From an uncultured Anaerolineae bacterium (GTDB lineage Bacteria > Chloroflexota > Anaerolineae > Aggregatilineales > Ch27): a DNA stretch of 64,000 bases. Both the position numbers and the translations under genes were made by a program. The notes under the pieces are model-generated. The model saw nothing but the letters and a program-made list of their open reading frames with translations, did no database searches and was not told the origin of the DNA. The stretch lies in NCBI GenBank assembly GCA_964529715.1, contig CAZGXI010000013.1:45716-109715 (forward strand), written 5' to 3'. Position 1 is the stretch's first letter, and every line of letters begins with the position of its first letter. Positions 46,801-55,097 of this stretch are shown here, piece after piece.

Positions 46801-47149
46801 GGAGCAGGATCAACGCCGACCCTCGGCTGCGACTCCCATCGTCGGCGGCCAGGAATGCCCAACCTATCAGAAGAAGCACGGCAGCATTGACGGCACGCTC
46901 CAGCGGCGGTAGCAGGGTATCTGGTGGTTGATTATTGAGTGCAGCTATCAACGCCGCCGCGCCCAGCCCGATCCAGGCCAGTACCATACCCAAAGCGGCG
47001 CTGGTATACCGCCCGGCAGCATGTTCGTCGCTTCCGCGCGAACGCTGCCCCAGCGCAATTGAGAACACCGCCAGGCTGAGGGTAATTACGGCCAGAAAAT
47101 ACAACACATCACCGGGCGGAACGACAAAAATGTTCAACAAATCCACCAC
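43847..47149 (-). CDS. Large sensor histidine kinase: polytopic N-terminal domain, GAF, ~380-aa coiled coil, HisKA, HATPase_c
   Basis: 6-7 N-terminal TM segments. GAF-like region (...FGVLIAALPYT...). Heptad-rich Q/E/L/R segment from ~44570 to 45740. H-box ELRTPMSSIIGYTDLL. G boxes DQGGGI and GVGLSIAKALV. GTG start. Confidence 0.88.
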   Translation of the reverse strand: MVDLLNIFVVPPGDVLYFLAVITLSLAVFSIALGQRSRGSDEHAAGRYTSAALGMVLAWIGLGAAALIAALNNQPPDTLLPPLERAVNAAVLLLIGWAFLAADDGSRSRGSALILLLLLALIAVGYVYTAVQWIPLAATWDFNAAPFALAWTFIIMALAFLGLILMLARLRAVPDAPLKMVFFAIILAGSLSTLAQIISGPPPGDSAGALRLAFLLALPLLALILYRLVVARMTYALALAQEAARRPAAPAASAEAARPKGERPALPSASVERESMQLLRALGVMLEKTHPDDLPAQVAIAVADALKADVVVVGAIKDANWVDILAAYDHISQKPLHGLALNLDEQPTLANAIERRRQRPLFADRNVNELIDLCTRLDINQIGPAYIQPLQEKDRVFGVLIAALPYTQRELRENEITLLEGIAPIASKLLSLHQNAAAARYEAEEKVIQAMMEGKPPSEAGATPAIHARQEMQASLEQAREQIAQLGNLVRDLQIELEYERGRIAEILASDEETLSISQQMVALNQRSQELRGQRDQLATELQDARTALIGVTAADNEELYQAMIEALTREKASLEAQKAALEEQLADLRRQTSDKFLIPATIEQTLESLAQEKNRLAAERDAIAAELSDVQKELDLLGIQGGVAGLALALGQLNEERDQLRARLQQLTAEREVAPQDSEGYQNQIRRLKEDLSRLATDREAVAKQRDALRQEQAAWQTQREEVALQVETLKIELQEVVHQRDQLLNERNARIEERAALQKELARLQADRTALQTERDQLLARLQGDREMLDQLGADGVGALKAMIDELSAERSELESQLIQAQADLDLLEGKLQAYDQAIRSPSAGGAVRAARPENPEVILSIAQELRTPMSSIIGYTDLLLGESVGILGALQRKFLQRVKANIERLGSLIEDLVHVIALDSGQVRLEPEPIDMVEIIETAIMNAGTQFREKGIAVQLDLDEDIPLLHADRDAMQQVIAELLSNAYLASPTDGEVAVVARREEIAFSNTQGRPTNVECLFVAVQDQGGGIPVEDQPRVFTRLYRADNPLIQGLGDTGVGLSIAKALVEAHGGKIWVESESGVGTRFVFAIPFTPLAERT

Positions 47150-47266
47150 AGAACACCACCTCCGCCGCCAGCAGTAAGTCGCAAGAAAGCCTTTTTACCT
47201 ATTGAAAGTATAGCACAGGCAGGTTTTTTGCACGCTGGTGGAGATAGAATCCGGTTAGAAGGCGCG

Positions 47267-47295
47267 TTGACGCGCCGCGCGCCGCGCGTTAGACT
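47267..47295 (+). promoter_or_regulatory. Candidate promoter TTGACG-N17-TAGACT
   Basis: TTGACG at 47267..47272 and TAGACT at 47290..47295, ~70 nt upstream of the NUDIX gene. Confidence 0.45.
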
Positions 47296-47364
47296 TCTGC
47301 GGCAGGGGGCCGTGTGGGTGTTCGCACGCCCCGTTATTGTCCTGGCCGGCAGGTGGAATAACCG

Positions 47365-47856
47365 ATGCCTCTCCCTCAGATCAAAAAACCGGTGGCGGCG
47401 CTGTTTCGCAGAGCGCCCTGGCTGGCGGTGATCGGCGAACGGCTGTGGTCACTGCGCCAGGCGCGCTATGCAGTCGGCGCGGTGGGCGTTGTGTTCGACG
47501 GAGAAGGCCGTGTCCTGCTGCTGGAACACGTCTTTCACCCGCGCCATCCCTGGGGATTGCCCGGCGGCTGGGTCAACCGCCACGAGGCGCCGGGAACGGC
47601 GGTGGCCCGCGAACTGCGCGAAGAAACGGGCCTGCGCGTTGAGGTGGTACAACCGCTGCTGGTTGAAGTAAGCCGCCTGCGCCCCGACCACCTGGAACTG
47701 GCTTACCTCTGCCGGCTCGAAGGCCACGCAGAAATCTCGCTGAGCGGCGAAATCCTGTCTTATCAATGGAGCGATCCGGCAAACCTGCCGGACATGTTCG
47801 AGTTTCATCAACGAGCCATTATGTACGCTCTGCAAGCGCGGAAAGGGTGCGCATGA
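47365..47856 (+). CDS. NUDIX hydrolase
   Basis: Nudix box GLPGGWVNRHEAPGTAVARELREETGL. Confidence 0.88.
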   Translation: MPLPQIKKPVAALFRRAPWLAVIGERLWSLRQARYAVGAVGVVFDGEGRVLLLEHVFHPRHPWGLPGGWVNRHEAPGTAVARELREETGLRVEVVQPLLVEVSRLRPDHLELAYLCRLEGHAEISLSGEILSYQWSDPANLPDMFEFHQRAIMYALQARKGCA

Positions 47857-49475
47857 GCGTTGTAGGATTGAAGGCTCCCCGGCGGAAGGTCCGTCTGCCA
47901 CTGCTGGAATTGATCTCGGCAGGGATGCTGCTGGCGGCGCTGCTCCTGTTCGTGGTTGAACTGATCAGCTTTAGCCAGCAACGTGACACACTGCGCAGTG
48001 ACATCACCGTTGCGCAAATTCCGGTCGGCGGCCTGACACCGACCGAAGCCCAGGCCCGCTGGGAAGCAGCCTACACACAGCCGGTTGTGCTCAATTACCG
48101 GGGCAGTCCGATTGTCCTGGATCCGGTGGCAGTGGGGTTTCGTGTCAACAGCCAGGTAATGCTGGCCGAGGCGTTAGCCCAAAGCTCCGACGAGGCGAAC
48201 TTCTGGCTGTCGTTTTGGAATCACCTGTGGCGCCGACCGGCAGCGCCGGCAAACATCCCCCTCATCGCAGACTACCAGCCCGCCCTGTTGCGCGCCTTTC
48301 TTGAAGATGTGGCGGCGCGCTACGATCACCCGGCAGGACGGCCAGAGCCAGTGTTGGAGACCCTCACCTTCCGTTCTGGGGAAACCGGCTACACCTTGGA
48401 CATCGAGGCAGCCATCCGCCTGATCGATGCCGCGTTGCACGACCCGGTCAATCGCTATGTCAACTTGCCGGTGATCGACAGCAACCCTCTTGGCGGCGGG
48501 ATAGATGCTTTGCGCGAGCTGATCGTTGCCTATCTGGACTCCCAGGGATTCATCTACGATGGGCAGACGACCGTTGCCTCCGTCTACATCATGGACCTGA
48601 CGACGGGCGAGGAAATCAACCTGAACGGCGACGTAGCTTTTTCCGCTGCCAGCACCATCAAGATACCCATCATGCTGAGCTTTTTTCGTCATTTTGCTTT
48701 CGCACCCAGCCCGGAGGAAGCCTTCGTGCTGGTCAACTCGCTGCTGTGCAGCAACAATGCCTCCTCAAACTTTATTATGGAGTGGGTCGGCGAGGGTGAT
48801 GGGCTGGCTGGAGCACAATACGTGACCGAGACGGCGGCTCGTGCAGGGGCAGAAAACACATACATCACGGCACTGTTCGACCTGGGGATTGAAGGTCAGG
48901 TTCTGGCTTCCAACCCGATTCCGCCGACGACGCCCAATCCGCGCTTCAATACCGATCCCGATCCCTACAACCAGACGACGGCGGAAGACCTAGGTACCCT
49001 GTTGATGATGATCTACGACTGCGCCACACAGGGCAGCGGCCTGATGGTGGCCTTTCCCGACGGCGAATATACCCAGACGGAATGCCAGCAGATGTTGGAG
49101 GTGATGAGCGCCAACGACCTGCTTCGCCTAATTCAAGCCGGCGTTCCGCCGGGCACGCGCGTCTCGCACAAAAATGGCTGGCTCTACAACGTCCACGCTG
49201 ACGCCGGGATCGTCTTTTCGCCCAATGGACGAGATTACGTGATCTCGGTCTTTGTGTGGGAGGCCGGGGATTTCTTCAACTACACCATCGCCTGGCCGCT
49301 GATCGAGGAAATCAGCCGTGCAGCGTGGAATTACTTCAACCCAGAGAACCCGCTGCTCAACCGCCGTCGTGACCTGCCGGAGGCCGCCCAGGAATGCGCC
49401 AACTTTTTGCCTCCATCCCCAGAACAGGTGGACCTGCTCAACATCAACGGCTGGCGGCAACAGTCCATGCCATAA
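47853..49475 (+). CDS. Membrane-anchored serine hydrolase with class-A beta-lactamase-like fold
   Basis: The ATG at 47853 overlaps the NUDIX stop (ATGA). TM anchor LLELISAGMLLAALLLFVV. SxxK motif STIK, an SxN-like CSNNAS and a KTG-like HKNGW. Confidence 0.7.
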   Translation: MSVVGLKAPRRKVRLPLLELISAGMLLAALLLFVVELISFSQQRDTLRSDITVAQIPVGGLTPTEAQARWEAAYTQPVVLNYRGSPIVLDPVAVGFRVNSQVMLAEALAQSSDEANFWLSFWNHLWRRPAAPANIPLIADYQPALLRAFLEDVAARYDHPAGRPEPVLETLTFRSGETGYTLDIEAAIRLIDAALHDPVNRYVNLPVIDSNPLGGGIDALRELIVAYLDSQGFIYDGQTTVASVYIMDLTTGEEINLNGDVAFSAASTIKIPIMLSFFRHFAFAPSPEEAFVLVNSLLCSNNASSNFIMEWVGEGDGLAGAQYVTETAARAGAENTYITALFDLGIEGQVLASNPIPPTTPNPRFNTDPDPYNQTTAEDLGTLLMMIYDCATQGSGLMVAFPDGEYTQTECQQMLEVMSANDLLRLIQAGVPPGTRVSHKNGWLYNVHADAGIVFSPNGRDYVISVFVWEAGDFFNYTIAWPLIEEISRAAWNYFNPENPLLNRRRDLPEAAQECANFLPPSPEQVDLLNINGWRQQSMP

Positions 49476-49488
49476 AGTACGGGCGACC

Positions 49489-52400
49489 TCACGCTTCACC
49501 GTCTTGTGCCGGGTTTTGGCAACGGACAACAACCAGCGTGATGTCGTCAAATTGTGGCTCGTCGCCCGTGTGCTGATCGATGGCTTCGATGATGGCCTGC
49601 GTCACCCGGTTGGCAGCGTGTCGGCGATTTTCTAAGACGGTATTTTCCAGGCTGCGCAGACCGAACTGTTCCCCCTTCGGCGAACGGGCTTCGGTAAGGC
49701 CGTCGGTATAGAGCACCAACAGGTCGCCGGGTTTCAGGTAGGTTTTTTGTGTCTCCAGGCGAATGTTATCCACCACGCCAAGCGCGATCCCCTTAATTCG
49801 GAGCAGTTCGATGCTGCCACTGTCGCGCACCACGAACGGTGGATTGTGGCCCGCACTGGCATAGCACAACTCGCCGTCGGCAGGCCGCCAAATGCCATAC
49901 CAAATGGTGACGAATAGATCGGAGCGGCTGTCGGCAAGCAATAACTCGTTGACACGCGAGAGAGTGGCTGCCGGATCGTCACGGTTACGTGCCACCGCAC
50001 GGATCAGGGTACGACTGAGGGCCATATATAACGCGGCGGGTACGCCCTTGTCAGCCACATCCGCCACAACCAGCCCCCACACCCCTTCGCGCAGGGGAAT
50101 AAAATCGTAGAAGTCGCCCCCCACCAGTCGCGCCGCCCGGTAGTAAGCAGCCACGTCCCAGCCCCAGACAGAGGGAGCGCTGTCTGGCAAAAAGCTGGTT
50201 TGAATATCCCTGGCAACTTCCAGTTCACGTTCAAGCCGCTGACGTTCGGAAGCCAGGGTTTGCAGACGGCTGGTTTCCAGGGCCAGCGCCGTCTGCGAAG
50301 CAATACCGGTAAGGATGTTCATGCGGCGCTGATCGGCGGCTTCGTCAACCTCACGAGGGCGGTCCACTAACATTACGCCCACCAACTTGCCCTGCGTGAT
50401 CAGGGGCAAGCCCAAGATACACGGCGCTTCAAAGATACGCTCCAGATGTGGCGGCAGGTCCTGCGTCCCCCCTTCGCCCGCCAAAATCGGTATGGTCGAA
50501 GTGCTCAGGCGAGCAAAATAGGGATGTTCGGCAGCGGCGATCTCGAGTTTGGCGAAGGCCTCTTCTGCTGGCGGGGGAAGGCCGTAGGACACGCCACCAT
50601 AAAAGCTGCCTTGCCGCGCGTTCCAGTGCAGCACCCCGCAACGTGACACGCCGACCAGCAGCGGCGTCAGCCGAACGATGGTTTCCAGGGTGGAGTACAG
50701 TTCTACCTGCGCATTGACGGCCTGCGCTACCTGAAGCAGCGCCGTCGTGACCCAGGCTTCTTCCTGCTGCGCAGCATAAAGCTGGGCGCTTTCAATCGCC
50801 AGCGCGGCCTGATTGGCGATCCCACCGATCAACTCGATCTTGCGCGCGCTAAACGGCCCCTGCCCGGCACGCTGACCGATAACCAAGGCTCCCACAATCT
50901 CACCTTTGGCATATAGCGGCAACATCACCCCCTGGCCGATACGCACTTCTTCAGAGATGCCCGGACGGGTGAACGTTTGCTCATCCAGAAACACCAGCTC
51001 ACCGGTCCGTAGCAGGTCTGCCAAAGGAGGCCAGGAATCGGGAGAGAGGTTCTGCCCAACCAATGCCTGGACGATTTCCGGGTCCGCGCCTTCAATTTCC
51101 ACAATGCGGAAACTGCCACGCTCGATCAACAGCACAGCGCACCAGTTCACGCCGACGAGCAACGGGGTGATGCGCGCGACGGTGCGCAATACCTCGTCCA
51201 GGTTAGACGCGCGAGCGGTGGCATCGGCAACCTGGAGCAGCGCAGTAGAAATCCAGGCTTCCTCACGCTGGGCCATATAAAGCTGCGCGTTGGCAATCGC
51301 CATCGCCGACTGGGTGGCAAAGGAATTGATGATCTCGATGTCCTCCAGCGAGAAACGCCCCATGCCCTGGTGATCGATCCCCAGATAACCAAGCAGTTCG
51401 TCGCCCAACGTGAGCGGGATAAACAAATGATCATGCGCTTCTGGTCCATCTACCGGACCATCGGGGTGAAACAGATTGGTCAGGACAGCGGCGATGTCGG
51501 CGTCAGCGGGAATCAAACTACCCATGAGCGGCGAATTTTCCGCATTGCCCCGCACGGCGCTGATACGGTAGCCGTTTTCGGCTTCGTCTGCCAAGACGAT
51601 AGCCGCCGCGTCTACCGTGATAACCCGCTCCAACCCTTGCAAGATACCATGCAGCACACTATCTATTTCCAGGCTAGCACCCAACACCGCACTGACCTCG
51701 CGCAGGGCCTCGGCCAGGATACGGCGGCGCTTTTCCCAGGCATAAAGGGTCGCGTTACGCAGCGCAATGGCGATAGTGTCGGCCAACGCCTGAGCCAGGC
51801 TCAGGTCCTCCGGCGAGAAAGCATCGGGTTCCAGGCTTTGAATATCGAAAACGCCGAGAACCTGTTTTCCCATACGGATAGGCACAACCAGCTCAGATAG
51901 CGTGTCTTCGACGCCGGGGCCGGGTACATAACGTGGGTCACTGTAAACGTCGCCCGTTACAATCGCCTCCCCCGTGCGTGCCGTCTCTGGGATCAACCCT
52001 TTGTCGTTGAGATCGTAAGCCAGTTGCTCGATGGTCCACAGCCCGCTGTGGACGCCGCTCCCGGCCCGGAATACAATTCGGTCGCCCTCTCGCAAAAAGA
52101 CATGTGTGCGGTCGTAACCAAAGTAGTCCGTCACCAGGTCCACGACTTCTTCCAGCAGATCGTCAATGTTCAAAATCGAGACGACGGCCCGGCTCGCTTC
52201 GGCCAGGGCATTCAGGCGTTCGCGCTGCAGGCGTTCAGCCTCGTAAGTTTCAGCCTCCTGGATCGCCAGGGCAAGCTGGCTCGCCAGCGTTTCCAACATG
52301 GGCACATCTTCGTGGCTGAACGCGCCCTCTTCGTCACTTTGCACATCCAACACGCCCAGTACGTTACGCTCCACCACCAGCGGCACAGCCACCTCGGCGC

Positions 52401-53337
52401 GCGTTTCACTGAGGACGGCCAGATGGATATAGCGGTCGTCTTGCGTTACATCAGGAGCGAGGGCCGTTTTGGCATGGGTGGCAACCCAGCCGATCAATCC
52501 CTGGTCGAGTTGCAACTGGGGCAGCCGCGCCTGAAAGACGGGATGGCTGCTAGCCCCCAGCCGCAGGAGCGGCTCTTTGGTATCCCGGATGAAGATATTG
52601 ACGGCGTAATAGCCGAAGGTATCATGAACCAGGGTGACGATCTGGCGGAACAGCGCGGGCAGCGGCTGAATCGCCGTGATCTGACGGCTGACCTCGCTGA
52701 CCAGCTGCATCTGCCGGTTGCGCTGGCGGGTACGTTCAAAAAGCTGGGCATTGGCAATAGCCCCGGCAGCCTGGTTGGTAAGCACGGTGAGCAAACGCAG
52801 GTCGTTGGTAGTAAAAGCGTTAGGCTGGTCGCTCTGCACTGCGATCACGCCAATCGCCTCGCCTCCTGCGATCAGCGGAGCAAAAAGCGAGGAGCGCGCA
52901 GGATGCTCCGACCGGTAGCTAGGCCGGGCAGGGAGAGTTTTCCACTCCGCCTCGTAATCCCCGACGAGCAATCCTTGACCCGTCTGACGGACCCAGCCGA
53001 TCAGGCCCTCTTTGGCCGCGTTATGAAAACGCTGCCTGGGTAGTCGCCGGCCATCGCGCAGCCAGACCACGATTATGTAGTCATCCTGATCGAACAGCCC
53101 TAACTGGAAATTGGCCGTATCGATGACACGGCTGGCCTGCCGATAGACGACCTCACACAACGCATCCAGTTTGAGCTGCGCGCCCAGGATGGCCTGACCG
53201 AAGTCGGCCAGGGCGTCTAACGCTGGCGCACCAGGCAGGCTACGTGAACGCCAGATACGCCTCTGGCGGAGGCCCCAGATCGCCAGGCCGAACCCGACCA
53301 GCGCCAGAAGCAGCAATCCGAGGGGGGCGAGTTCCAT
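49489..53337 (-). CDS. Multi-GAF (about six) PP2C/SpoIIE-family protein phosphatase, RsbU-like
   Basis: N-terminal TM, then repeated GAF units each ending ...ALAI(E/A)NAQLY. C-terminal PP2C block GGDFYDFIPL..WGLVVADVADKGVPAALYMA...LVLYTDGLTEA. Confidence 0.88.
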   Translation of the reverse strand: MELAPLGLLLLALVGFGLAIWGLRQRRIWRSRSLPGAPALDALADFGQAILGAQLKLDALCEVVYRQASRVIDTANFQLGLFDQDDYIIVVWLRDGRRLPRQRFHNAAKEGLIGWVRQTGQGLLVGDYEAEWKTLPARPSYRSEHPARSSLFAPLIAGGEAIGVIAVQSDQPNAFTTNDLRLLTVLTNQAAGAIANAQLFERTRQRNRQMQLVSEVSRQITAIQPLPALFRQIVTLVHDTFGYYAVNIFIRDTKEPLLRLGASSHPVFQARLPQLQLDQGLIGWVATHAKTALAPDVTQDDRYIHLAVLSETRAEVAVPLVVERNVLGVLDVQSDEEGAFSHEDVPMLETLASQLALAIQEAETYEAERLQRERLNALAEASRAVVSILNIDDLLEEVVDLVTDYFGYDRTHVFLREGDRIVFRAGSGVHSGLWTIEQLAYDLNDKGLIPETARTGEAIVTGDVYSDPRYVPGPGVEDTLSELVVPIRMGKQVLGVFDIQSLEPDAFSPEDLSLAQALADTIAIALRNATLYAWEKRRRILAEALREVSAVLGASLEIDSVLHGILQGLERVITVDAAAIVLADEAENGYRISAVRGNAENSPLMGSLIPADADIAAVLTNLFHPDGPVDGPEAHDHLFIPLTLGDELLGYLGIDHQGMGRFSLEDIEIINSFATQSAMAIANAQLYMAQREEAWISTALLQVADATARASNLDEVLRTVARITPLLVGVNWCAVLLIERGSFRIVEIEGADPEIVQALVGQNLSPDSWPPLADLLRTGELVFLDEQTFTRPGISEEVRIGQGVMLPLYAKGEIVGALVIGQRAGQGPFSARKIELIGGIANQAALAIESAQLYAAQQEEAWVTTALLQVAQAVNAQVELYSTLETIVRLTPLLVGVSRCGVLHWNARQGSFYGGVSYGLPPPAEEAFAKLEIAAAEHPYFARLSTSTIPILAGEGGTQDLPPHLERIFEAPCILGLPLITQGKLVGVMLVDRPREVDEAADQRRMNILTGIASQTALALETSRLQTLASERQRLERELEVARDIQTSFLPDSAPSVWGWDVAAYYRAARLVGGDFYDFIPLREGVWGLVVADVADKGVPAALYMALSRTLIRAVARNRDDPAATLSRVNELLLADSRSDLFVTIWYGIWRPADGELCYASAGHNPPFVVRDSGSIELLRIKGIALGVVDNIRLETQKTYLKPGDLLVLYTDGLTEARSPKGEQFGLRSLENTVLENRRHAANRVTQAIIEAIDQHTGDEPQFDDITLVVVRCQNPAQDGEA

Positions 53338-53413
53338 GACGCCTGTTTCTCAAAAATCAAGCAGGGCGGAAACACGCTCCGCCCTGGCCTGGAAGCGCAA
53401 ACATATCGCCCGG

Positions 53414-54220
53414 TCAGGCGGCTTCATCGGCGATGCTTTGCAGAGCATCGTCTACTGTATGGTAGATGCCAAAGAGCTGGTCGAAGCCGACCGTTTCAAA
53501 AACTTCGAGGACGTGCGGGGTTAGCCCGGCGAGCTTTACATCGCCGCCACGTTCGCGCGCGCGCCGCCAGGTATTCACCAACACTTTGAGGCCGCTGGTA
53601 GAGATGTACGTGACATCGCTCATGTTCACGACAAGGCGAACGCGCCCGGATTCGATCTGCCCATTGAGCACGGTTTGCAGTCCTGGCGCAGTATTGGATT
53701 CCAGCCGCCCATTCGGGATAACTTCCCAGTAACCCTTATCCAGTGGGCGCACCGGAGTCCCCATCTCCAGGCCGGCCCCCCTGGTGACGGCGAGATTCTT
53801 GGGTGTTTTCAGCTTGGCGATGGTCAGATGGTTACGGTTGTTCTCATAAGCGTAGGTGGCTTCGTCCATCATCTTTTTGATGAAGTAAATGCCCCACCCG
53901 CCCCGTCCACGTTCCGAAAGTGCCGCGTTAGGGTCGGGTTCGGCATGCAGCAGGGGATTGAAGGGCGGGCTATCATCAACGATGCGGATGACGTAACGGT
54001 CTGGCTTATCGCAGCAGATGATTTCGATCCAGCCGCTGGGGTTGTTGCGCCCATAGCCGTGTTCGATGATGTTCGTGCAGGCTTCATCAACGGCCATCTG
54101 ACAATGGTAAGCCGCCCGATCATCGAGGCCGACCTTGCGGGCCACGCTTACGACAAAATCACACACTTCGGGAACCTTGCTCAAGATTCCCGGTATCACC
54201 ATCCGATATTCTTCGTCCAT
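53414..54220 (-). CDS. Fusion of an RsbW/SpoIIAB-type anti-sigma Ser kinase domain with a C-terminal STAS domain
   Basis: N-terminal HATPase block MAVDEACTNIIEHGY...GGWGIYFIKKMMDE. C-terminal STAS LVVNMSDVTYISTSGLKVLVN...LAGLTPHVLEVFETVGFDQLF. Confidence 0.8.
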   Translation of the reverse strand: MDEEYRMVIPGILSKVPEVCDFVVSVARKVGLDDRAAYHCQMAVDEACTNIIEHGYGRNNPSGWIEIICCDKPDRYVIRIVDDSPPFNPLLHAEPDPNAALSERGRGGWGIYFIKKMMDEATYAYENNRNHLTIAKLKTPKNLAVTRGAGLEMGTPVRPLDKGYWEVIPNGRLESNTAPGLQTVLNGQIESGRVRLVVNMSDVTYISTSGLKVLVNTWRRARERGGDVKLAGLTPHVLEVFETVGFDQLFGIYHTVDDALQSIADEAA

Positions 54221-54243
54221 CGTCCCCTATCTGTTCTGGAAAG

Positions 54244-54576
54244 CTAAAAACTGCCGACGGCCTCGACCTGCGTAGGAAAGATTTCAAAGATGGAGTCCAG
54301 TCCGGCCAGTTCAAGCACTTCCAACACGCGCTCAGAAGGCGCCGCCAGCCGCAGGTCGCCGGTGCCGCGCTTGACCTTTTTCAGGGCTGTGACCATCTCC
54401 CGCAGGCCCGCGCTGCTCATGTACTCGACGCCCGACAGATCGACCACGATTTGGGTGTGCCCGGTGTCGATAGCCGTGTTGAGGGCCTCGCCAAGTTCGT
54501 TGGCATTGGTGCTGTCGATCCGCCCCATAACTTCAAAGAGTGTGACGCGCTTGAGTTCAGACGTCTTGATTTCCAT
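54244..54576 (-). CDS. STAS-domain anti-sigma-factor antagonist (RsbV/SpoIIAA-like)
   Basis: The ATG at 54576 follows AGGAG. VVDLSGVEYMSSAGLREMV carries the phosphorylatable-Ser context. RLAAPSERVLEVLELAGLDSIFEIF tail. Confidence 0.85.
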   Translation of the reverse strand: MEIKTSELKRVTLFEVMGRIDSTNANELGEALNTAIDTGHTQIVVDLSGVEYMSSAGLREMVTALKKVKRGTGDLRLAAPSERVLEVLELAGLDSIFEIFPTQVEAVGSF

Positions 54577-54712
54577 CCTGGCGCTCCTTGCGCACGATGC
54601 ACGGTTGCCTGCGGTAAAGCATTTATCGAAATTCAAAACCTGCCCAAATGAGTATTGAGACGGCATCTATTTTGAGCGAAGCCGGCGCGGTTGTCAAATT
54701 TTTGGGCGGAAT

Positions 54713-54742
54713 GTTGGAATAACCTGGGGCATGTTCTATAAT
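54713..54742 (+). promoter_or_regulatory. Candidate sigma-70-type promoter TTGGAA-N18-TATAAT
   Basis: TTGGAA at 54713..54718 and TATAAT at 54737..54742, 36 nt upstream of the ATG at 54778. Confidence 0.5.
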
Positions 54743-54777
54743 GAACTCTAAACAAAGAGGAAATCGGGCGGGATCAG

Positions 54778-55053
54778 ATGAATTGGGGAGCGTGGCTAGG
54801 CCTGACCATTGTCTTTGCGGCCCTGATGCTGGTCGTGCAGCGTACCGAGGCGCGGCGGCGGCGGGTGACAGCGCTGGTCATGCTGGTAGCAGCGGAACTG
54901 GTGCGCCGCTACCTGATGTATCGCGGCTGGCCGGTTGAGGGGTTTTGGGCGTTTGGAGCGGCGCTGATCCTGAACGTGCTGTTCTGGCTGCTGATCGGGC
55001 GCAAACGTCCGCCGCACTCCAGCGATGAGATTCAGGTTATTGGAAACGAGTGA
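54778..55053 (+). CDS. Small hypothetical membrane protein (3 TM)
   Basis: 91 aa, hydrophobic segments separated by Arg clusters. A promoter-like site lies upstream and a terminator downstream. Confidence 0.55.
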   Translation: MNWGAWLGLTIVFAALMLVVQRTEARRRRVTALVMLVAAELVRRYLMYRGWPVEGFWAFGAALILNVLFWLLIGRKRPPHSSDEIQVIGNE

Positions 55054-55056
55054 AAA

Positions 55057-55078
55057 GGGGCAGCCCGGCGGCTGCCCC
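55057..55078. terminator. Bidirectional terminator hairpin between convergent genes
   Basis: GGGGCAGCC-CGGC-GGCTGCCCC, preceded by GAAAA and followed by TGCGATTTG. Confidence 0.6.
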
Positions 55079-55097
55079 TGCGATTTGCCCGGTGCGC

